This document shows positions 40,974 through 47,099 of a stretch of 64,000 nucleotides of DNA, one piece after another. Each line of letters starts with the position of its first letter. The first letter of the stretch is position 1. Under the pieces are notes generated by a model. It saw nothing but the letters and a program-made list of their open reading frames with translations, made no database searches and was not told where the DNA came from. The stretch is from NCBI GenBank assembly GCA_030018265.1, contig JASEFX010000006.1:23476-87475 (forward strand), read 5' to 3'. The stretch is from Candidatus Saccharicenans sp. (GTDB lineage: Bacteria; Acidobacteriota; Aminicenantia; Aminicenantales; Saccharicenantaceae). A program made the position numbers and the translations under genes.

Positions 40974-41939
40974 TTGCCCAGAAAAAAAACAAGTCAGAAA
41001 GCCAGGCCATACCGAACAGGATATGTGGCATTAATCGGACGCCCGAACACCGGAAAATCCACGCTTCTGAACAGCCTGCTCGGCCGGAAAGTGGCCATAG
41101 TTTCCGACAAGCCGCAAACCACCCGGGTGAGCATTCTCGGAATAAAAACAACCGAACTGGGACAGATCATCTTTATCGACAATCCGGGTGTGCACAAGCC
41201 GCTCCACCTGATGAACCGTCGGATGATGAATTACGTTTATTCCTCCCTGGAAATGGCCGACCTGGTGCTGCTGATGATCGACGCCACCAGAAAATTCGGG
41301 CATGGCGACCAGTACGTCCTGGAGATGCTGAAAAAGATCACCAGACCGATATTCCTGCTGATCAACAAAGTGGACCTGGTAAAAAAGGAAAGCATGCTGC
41401 CGATGATCGACAGCTACAAGGACCTTCTGCCGTTCAAGGAGATTGTGCCGATTTCGGCTTTAAAGGGTGACAACCTTGACCGGCTGGAGAAGCTGATTTA
41501 CGATTACCTGCCGGAAGCCGAAAAAATTTATTCCGACGAAGAGATTTCTGACCAGTCTGAAAAATTTCTTCTTTCAGAAATAATACGTGAAAAAATACTC
41601 AACCACGTGGAAGAAGAGCTCCCCTACACCACGGCGGTGATCATCCGTTCGATTGAAAAGAGCGAACTTCCGGTCCGGCCGGCCAGCGGACGAAAACCCG
41701 CGCTCTCGCCTCGCCCCCTGGTGAGAATTCAGGCGGAAATTCTGGTGGAAAAAGAAAATCACAAAGGAATCATCATCGGCAAAAAGGGCAGCATGCTGAA
41801 AACCATCGGCAGCGAAGCCCGGCAGGAAATGGAGGAAATGCTTAAAAGCAAGGTGTTTCTTGAAATCAGCGTGCGGGTGAGAGAAAGATGGCGCGACGCG
41901 GAGGAAATTCTCGACCTGATCGAAGAACAGAAAGGCTGA
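40974..41939 (+). CDS. era: GTPase Era
   Basis: G1 LIGRPNTGKSTLLN, G3 DNPG, G4 NKVD and a KH domain (IIIGKKGSMLKTIG). The track start 40902 overlaps corC by 71 nt. An in-frame TTG at 40974, 9 nt after AAGGAG, is the likelier start. Confidence 0.88.
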   Translation: MPRKKTSQKARPYRTGYVALIGRPNTGKSTLLNSLLGRKVAIVSDKPQTTRVSILGIKTTELGQIIFIDNPGVHKPLHLMNRRMMNYVYSSLEMADLVLLMIDATRKFGHGDQYVLEMLKKITRPIFLLINKVDLVKKESMLPMIDSYKDLLPFKEIVPISALKGDNLDRLEKLIYDYLPEAEKIYSDEEISDQSEKFLLSEIIREKILNHVEEELPYTTAVIIRSIEKSELPVRPASGRKPALSPRPLVRIQAEILVEKENHKGIIIGKKGSMLKTIGSEARQEMEEMLKSKVFLEISVRVRERWRDAEEILDLIEEQKG

Positions 41940-42303
41940 CCCTTTTATTGCTGTCATATTCCTGAAATCGCTGGATACCTGAAATCTCTGACTGACGCTT
42001 CAAACCTTCCTTGAATTAATCTTCTCTCTCACCCGGTAATGTTTCGCATTGTCTTTTCCCGGGCAAGCTATTAAGCTGAATTTAACAGAATAAAAGCCAG
42101 CCGGCGATCTCTACAGTCATTATCTACAGCGTTGACACTACACCGAAAGACGAATAAGCCATATATGCTGGAATAATTAAATAAATACAGTCGTGCCACA
42201 TTGTCGGAAAAGCACCGATTTACGCCAATCTTTTTTCCCATTCCGGTCCCTGGATTAAGCAGAATTTGTCATAAACACGAGGGTGGCACGGCGTATCTCA
42301 GAA

Positions 42304-42490
42304 CCGCGCGGAGCGAAAGGGGTTCCCCGCGGGGGATCGGTGAGCAAGCACGGGAGGAGATGGGCCGTGACAGGACCCTTCCAGGATAAGAGCCGACAGA
42401 GGATCAGCAAGAACGTACTGGCTTTCTCTTCCAATTTCAATACAGGCCGTTATGGATTTCAGGATGGAGGGCGCCGTGACAGGACCCTCC
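42304..42490 (+). ncRNA. candidate structured ncRNA (unclassified): three GC-rich hairpins, two with identical loops, GGA-rich
   Basis: No credible ORF. Hairpins at 42304-42332, 42362-42378 and 42466-42490. 9 GGA in 42353-42484. Strand and ends are not established. See findings. Confidence 0.3.
42364..42488 (+). repeat. exact 16-nt direct repeat GCCGTGACAGGACCCT (two copies, 109 nt apart)
   Basis: Copies at 42364-42379 and 42473-42488, read directly. Each forms the loop plus 3' arm of a hairpin. Confidence 0.9.
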
Positions 42491-42509
42491 GCATGCCCGG
42501 CCGGTATTA

Positions 42510-42538
42510 TTGACAATTCATCGGTTTGATGAGAAAAT
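42510..42538 (+). promoter_or_regulatory. candidate sigma70-type promoter of tRNA-His
   Basis: TTGACA (42510-42515), 17-nt spacer, GAAAAT (42533-42538). The tRNA starts 15 nt downstream. Confidence 0.4.
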
Positions 42539-42552
42539 TTTAATCCCTTCAC

Positions 42553-42629
42553 GGTGAGTGTAGCTCAAGGGTTAGAGCACCGGACTGTGGATCCGGTGGT
42601 TGGGGGTTCGAATCCCCTCACTCACCCCA
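42553..42629 (+). tRNA. tRNA-His: tRNA-His (anticodon GUG), with encoded G-1 and CCA
   Basis: Hand-folded cloverleaf. Acceptor GTGAGTG/CACTCAC with an extra 5' G (42553) opposite C73. D arm GCTC/GAGC. Anticodon stem CCGGA/TCCGG with loop CTGTGGA (GTG at 42587-42589). T arm GGGGG/CCCCT with TTCGAAT loop. CCA at 42627-42629. Confidence 0.95.
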
Positions 42630-42699
42630 TTTTTCTCTCTGCTATCCCCGGATTTTCTTCCCTTAGCCGGATTAATTACTCACAGCCTGTTGAATCCAG

Positions 42700-42726
42700 A
42701 CAAGATAAAGTTCAGAGTCGCTGAAC
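42700..42726 (-). terminator. possible rho-independent terminator of the OMP gene
   Basis: GTTCAG/CTGAAC 6-bp stem (42710-42726) with a 5-nt loop. On the minus strand it is followed by TTTATCTTGT, 8 nt after the stop of the 42734..43381 ORF. Confidence 0.35.
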
Positions 42727-42733
42727 TAAAGAA

Positions 42734-43381
42734 TCAAAAAGATACCCCGGCCATGGCGGTCAGGCTTCTGTTTTTAATATAATCCACTTCAAAGCCGCTC
42801 AGGGCGACACTGGTGAGGCCCAGGTGATAACGCGCCTCAAGAAGAAATTTAATCGGTCTTAAATCATACTCCATCCCGGCACCGAAAACGGCCGCCAGCT
42901 CTCCCTTTCTGAAATAATCCCTTGAATCAACTTCATCAACTTTTTTCCCGTCAAGGTCATATACCACTGAAAAAGCCCGGCTGAGATACCCCCAGGATGG
43001 TCCGGCAAAGATAACCGGCCTGAACTGACCAGAGGACACTCCCGACCATCTCAACAGAAGAATCGCTTCCAGATAATCATGCTGCCAGTGAACATCGTAA
43101 AAGCCGTAATCTATGTAGGCTTCGTACTGTGTTCCGCGGCGCGCATACATGAATTCCGTCTGAAGGTTGAATGACCCCAGCGGCAGGTTAAAAAAGATTC
43201 CTCCGCAGGGACCGGACAGAGTCCTGAAGGCTGAAACTTCGAAAGGCTTCGGAGACACAGAAATGCTGGCTAAGTTAACTCCCCCCTTAACTCCGAAAGA
43301 AATCCTGGCGACAGCTCCCGGCACAAAGGACAGCACCAAAAGGATCAATACAAAAACCATCAGAATTTTTTTCAAAGACAT
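42734..43381 (-). CDS. small outer-membrane beta-barrel protein (OmpA-beta-barrel/OmpW-like class)
   Basis: 215 aa with signal peptide MSLKKILMVFVLILLVLSFVPGAVA, an alternating aromatic/Gly pattern, and a C-terminal AMAGVSF ending in Phe. Confidence 0.7.
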   Translation of the reverse strand: MSLKKILMVFVLILLVLSFVPGAVARISFGVKGGVNLASISVSPKPFEVSAFRTLSGPCGGIFFNLPLGSFNLQTEFMYARRGTQYEAYIDYGFYDVHWQHDYLEAILLLRWSGVSSGQFRPVIFAGPSWGYLSRAFSVVYDLDGKKVDEVDSRDYFRKGELAAVFGAGMEYDLRPIKFLLEARYHLGLTSVALSGFEVDYIKNRSLTAMAGVSF

Positions 43382-43532
43382 CTTCCTCCCTTTTTACGCT
43401 GGCTTCATTATACGCCGCTTCTGAGTTTCAATCCAGAAAACTGTCAGTCAGTTTGAAATAATTAATTCCTGTTAAAAAAGAGAAATGGCTTTTCCTTCAG
43501 GGCAATTTAACCATGAAATAAGAAGTTTCCAG

Positions 43533-45086
43533 TCATTTCAGCTTCCCGACCTTCTTTCTGGCCACTTCCGGCGACAGCTCGAGCGGTTTGCGGGCCAGGC
43601 TGAGCTCGTTGTTTACAGGATATATGTCCGCGGTGTCAGGGCCCATTACTTTGAGGAAGATGCCGGTGCCGGCTCCGGCCTGGCAATTTTTTACCACTGC
43701 CCTACCAACCTGATTCAGCACCAGCGCGGCAGCGGTCAGATCTTCCGGCTTCGCCTGCCGGGCCTGCAGCCCATCAACTTCCAGGTTCTTTGCCTTTTCC
43801 ACATAAACTGCGTTCTGCCATTTTTCATATTCCGGTTTTTCCCATGTTACTTCCACATTTCTCAGATTAAAATTGCGGGCGTACTTAATCTCGATTGCGT
43901 TTACAGCTTTATCATAAGGAGCTTCCGGATTATGAGAGATAGTCAGTCGCAAGTTTTCAATGGTGATGTCTTCGAGCCAGCTTTCCGGATGGCCTGTGAT
44001 CTGGCTCGAGCCCTGCCCCCGGGCCAGTACATTGCTGACCAACACCCGGCGGATTTTTCCTGCCGGGCGGACATCCTCCGGTTTCCAGCTGCGGTGCACC
44101 TCGCTTCTTTTTTTGATATTAAAATGAATCGGCTCTCCATCTCCCCACCAGAACCAGTCATGGCGTCTGGTTTCTATCACCAGATTGGATATGACTACAT
44201 TTTCAACCACACCGCCGTCAAACACCATGAATGACAGACCGCGGTTCGAATCGGTAATCACGCAATTGTCAATGGTCACGTTCCTGATAGCATTCATGTT
44301 GCCGTCGCAGAATTTAATGGCGCTTGAGGCGGAGGACAGACGGCAGTTGGTCACGGTGATGTTTTCGCAGGGCAGGGCCGGACCGAACCAGTTCATCGAA
44401 TAAAAAACCAGAGCGTCGTCTCCGGTTTCGATGGTGCAGCTGGCGATCCGGACATCACGACAACCATCGGGGTCGATGCCGTCAGCCCAGACTCCCTCTT
44501 TAAGCCTGGAGCGAATGTGGACCCCGTCGATTGTCAGACGCTCGCAGCCATAAGGATGGATCGTCCAGCTCGGAGAATCTATAAAAGAAAGTCCCCGGAT
44601 GAGCACATCGCGGCATCTCAAAAGAAGTACCAGTTTGCCGTACTGGTCGGCCCGGGGAAAAGAACGAATGAGCGGTCGGCCGAGCTTTTCCATTTCCAGT
44701 TGATTGGGATAGATGAAATCGTCGTGAAAATCTCCTTTATCCCGCCACTCATAAGCCGCCTGGCCATCAACCACTCCCCTTCCCTCGAGTGTGACATTGA
44801 CCAGGTCTTCCCCGTAAAACAGTGCGTCTTTATCGAAGGCAGATCCGTCCTTGATTGAATAAACGGTGGCTCCGGCCTCGATATAAATCCTGACCCGGCT
44901 GCGGAGATGGATCGTTCCGGTGCTGTAATCACCGGGCGGGAAATAGACCATTCCGCCTCCTGACGCAGCGCAGGCGTCTATCGCTTTCTGAATGGCTTCC
45001 CGGGCATTCTGAGATTTAAGGCCGGTGGCACCATAATCCCTGACGTTGAAAATCCGCATCTCGCCTGCCTGCGGAACTGCGAACAT
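43533..45086 (-). CDS. glycoside hydrolase family 28-like right-handed beta-helix enzyme (polygalacturonase/rhamnogalacturonase class)
   Basis: 517 aa with N-terminal FNVRDYGATG, then WADGIDPDGC, ETGDDALVF and SSAIKF, corresponding to the GH28 NTDGID / GDDC / RIK boxes. The first Met leaves no signal peptide; a signal-peptide-like sequence lies upstream in a shifted frame (see findings). Confidence 0.75.
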   Translation of the reverse strand: MFAVPQAGEMRIFNVRDYGATGLKSQNAREAIQKAIDACAASGGGMVYFPPGDYSTGTIHLRSRVRIYIEAGATVYSIKDGSAFDKDALFYGEDLVNVTLEGRGVVDGQAAYEWRDKGDFHDDFIYPNQLEMEKLGRPLIRSFPRADQYGKLVLLLRCRDVLIRGLSFIDSPSWTIHPYGCERLTIDGVHIRSRLKEGVWADGIDPDGCRDVRIASCTIETGDDALVFYSMNWFGPALPCENITVTNCRLSSASSAIKFCDGNMNAIRNVTIDNCVITDSNRGLSFMVFDGGVVENVVISNLVIETRRHDWFWWGDGEPIHFNIKKRSEVHRSWKPEDVRPAGKIRRVLVSNVLARGQGSSQITGHPESWLEDITIENLRLTISHNPEAPYDKAVNAIEIKYARNFNLRNVEVTWEKPEYEKWQNAVYVEKAKNLEVDGLQARQAKPEDLTAAALVLNQVGRAVVKNCQAGAGTGIFLKVMGPDTADIYPVNNELSLARKPLELSPEVARKKVGKLK

Positions 45087-45309
45087 CTCTTCTGAAATAA
45101 GCGCCAGGCAGGCAAGAATAAAGCATAAACGATAAAATCCCTTTCAGGAACTCTAATTCGGATACCCATTTTTACTCCTTTAGACCTTCTTTATATTTAA
45201 TCTGATGGCCGAATACAGAATATTATGAGACAGAAAATTTCGTCCTGACCGTGCAGCACCACCGGTGATAGGAGAAAGTAAATGAGAAAAACCGGGAAAG
45301 TAAATCGCC

Positions 45310-45563
45310 ATGAAAAATTCCAATCACCGGTGTTTCAGTTTATCAGGTCGGCTCAGCCGGCGTCAGTTTCTGGGAAGCTGTCTGGCCGTCCAGGCCTCAG
45401 CGTTTTTATTAAACAAAAAATCCTCCGGCTTCCAGGGGAGAACAGCCAGCACACCGAACGTTCCTGAGGCCAGGGCCAGACTCAGACTGGTCTTTTCCCA
45501 TATCCCTCCCGATCGACCGACCTGACCCAACATCGGTTACGACTATGAAGCACTAAAAAAGGA
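45310..45563 (+). pseudogene. detached Tat-signal N-terminal segment of the downstream gene (in-frame TGA at 45523 and a -1 frame offset at 45555-45561)
   Basis: MKNSNHRCFSLSGRLSRRQFLGSCLAVQASAFLL is a twin-arginine leader. The frame stays open past the TGA (PNIGYDYEALKKE), and a 1-nt shift in the A6 run joins it to the 45564 ORF. Confidence 0.5.
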
Positions 45564-46739
45564 ATGCTGGATAAACTCACCAGATCCCTGCCAGAAATAG
45601 AATTTCTGCCGGTAACCGTGCAGACACAGCAGGAAGCAGAAAACCTTCTCAAAGATGAAAGGGGAATAGAAGGTTACGTGGTCTACCTGCTGGGCATCTG
45701 GACCGGAGCAGCCGGGGTGATTGCCGCTTCCGGCCGGCCAACCATCCTGGTCGACGACCTTTATGCCGGCTCGGGAGAGTTTCTGATTCAATATGCCGCC
45801 TCCAGAAGGGCCGGTCACCGGGTGGCCGGAGTGGCTTCTTCCCGTTTCGAAGACGCGGTTGAAGCCATCGGCTGTTTTTCCGCCCTGAAGAAAATGCGGC
45901 AGAGTCGAATCCTGGACGTGACCGACAGTTCCGGTTTCTGGGGCAACCCGCAGAAAATAAAAGAATTCTTTGGAACCGAAGTGGTCAAGATAGGTTCGGC
46001 TGAAATCAACGAAGCTTACCGGCGAGCCGATCGCGAGATGGCTGAAAAGTTTGCCAGGGCCTGGATAGAAAAAGCAGAAAAAGTAGTTGAACCATCAGAA
46101 GAAGAAATAAAAAAATCCGGCTTGATGTATGTGGCCATGAAGAATCTGATGAGCGTTCATGGAGCCCGGGCGATCACCGTCGACTGTCTGAGTCTCTTTT
46201 ATAACGGGAAACTCCCGGCCTATCCCTGCCTCGGTTTCTGCCAGCTCAACGATGATGGCCTGGTTGGAGCCTGCGAGGGAGATCTCCCTTCAACCACCAT
46301 GATGCTCCTGGCCGGCTATCTGACCGGCCGTCCCGGATACATTTCCGACCCGGTTATAGATACTTCCCGGAATAAAATCATCTATGCTCACTGTGTCGCC
46401 CCCACAAAAGTTTTCGGTCCCGAGGGCCCGGCCAATCCATACCGCATCAGAAATCACTCAGAAGACCGTAAGGGAGCGGCCATCCAATCGATCCTTCCGG
46501 TCGGAGAAATTGTCACCACCTTTGAATTCAACCCCGAAACTGGCGAGTTTGTTCTTCATCAGGCTATAACCACGGGTAATGTGGAAGAAGACAGGGCCTG
46601 CCGGACGAAACTGGAAGCCGAACCGGTGGGAAATATCAACCGGCTCCTTCTCGAATGGGATCGGTTCGGCTGGCACCGGGTGACGGTATACGGCAACCTG
46701 AAAAGAAAACTGGAAGTGGTCTGCAACCTGCTGGCTTAA
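45564..46739 (+). CDS. hypothetical protein, possibly L-fucose/L-arabinose isomerase-like fold
   Basis: 391-aa intact ORF. The central LVGACEGDLPSTTMMLLAGYL and YAHCVAP resemble FucI/AraA-family segments as I remember them. No search was possible. Confidence 0.4.
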   Translation: MLDKLTRSLPEIEFLPVTVQTQQEAENLLKDERGIEGYVVYLLGIWTGAAGVIAASGRPTILVDDLYAGSGEFLIQYAASRRAGHRVAGVASSRFEDAVEAIGCFSALKKMRQSRILDVTDSSGFWGNPQKIKEFFGTEVVKIGSAEINEAYRRADREMAEKFARAWIEKAEKVVEPSEEEIKKSGLMYVAMKNLMSVHGARAITVDCLSLFYNGKLPAYPCLGFCQLNDDGLVGACEGDLPSTTMMLLAGYLTGRPGYISDPVIDTSRNKIIYAHCVAPTKVFGPEGPANPYRIRNHSEDRKGAAIQSILPVGEIVTTFEFNPETGEFVLHQAITTGNVEEDRACRTKLEAEPVGNINRLLLEWDRFGWHRVTVYGNLKRKLEVVCNLLA

Positions 46740-46773
46740 AACTGGTGGAAGAAGCCTGAAGCTGCCGGCCGGG

Positions 46774-46808
46774 GGAAGCCTGAGAAAGCCGGCTTCCTGT
46801 TCTTCTTC
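46774..46808 (+). terminator. possible rho-independent terminator
   Basis: GGAAGCC (46774-46780) / GGCTTCC (46791-46797) 7-bp stem with a 10-nt loop, followed by TGTTCTTCTTCC. The tail is only moderately U-rich. Confidence 0.3.
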
Positions 46809-47099
46809 CGGTTTGAAGAAGGAACTCGAGTGAAATATTCAGTAGATCGTCCTTTTAAGCCAGGCCCTGAAAACTGTATTGTTTCCTGTTTTTGGTTTAA
46901 TCAGCTCGCCGCCTGAAATCTTACTATTTGCATAGAGTATTCAAAAATCATGGAACGCAACTCTTTCTTCAATAACTGGACAGCGAGGCACCGGGGCTGC
47001 AGCCGGTTTTAGATTTCTTGTTCCGCGAACCCTCAGCATAAAAAATGCTGGCAGCGGCAACCTGAAAAAAAGATAATAGAAGGATAGAGGAGGACGGCC

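Noticed and set aside
42280-42510. Tried to assign the structured region upstream of tRNA-His to a known RNA class (TPP, cobalamin, FMN, glycine, ZTP, c-di-GMP riboswitches; RNase P, tmRNA, SRP, 6S).
   Set aside because: None of the conserved cores I remember is present on either strand. These include CUGAGA...ACCUGAUCUGGAUAAUGCCAGCG, the B12 box, GAGGAAAGUCCGGGC, the tmRNA tRNA-like ends, and the GGAAGCAGCC SRP domain IV. There is also no downstream ORF for a riboswitch to control. It is kept as an unclassified candidate in findings.
45282-45467. 61-aa ORF starting at ATG 45282 with a good GGAG RBS 7 nt upstream, overlapping the Tat-leader ORF in another frame.
   Set aside because: Its product (MRKTGKVNRHEKFQ...) has no signal or other features, whereas the overlapping frame encodes a textbook twin-arginine leader. 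The RBS may serve the 45310 start less optimally, or there may be a further upstream indel. This is unresolved but not reportable as a gene.
45523-45525. In-frame TGA in the Tat-leader gene read as Trp (genetic code 4/25) or as selenocysteine.
   Set aside because: TGA is a functional stop for confident genes here (e.g. alr at 2200-2202 and ychF at 12384-12386). I see no convincing SECIS-like hairpin immediately 3' of the codon. A nonsense mutation or a base-call error is the simpler explanation.
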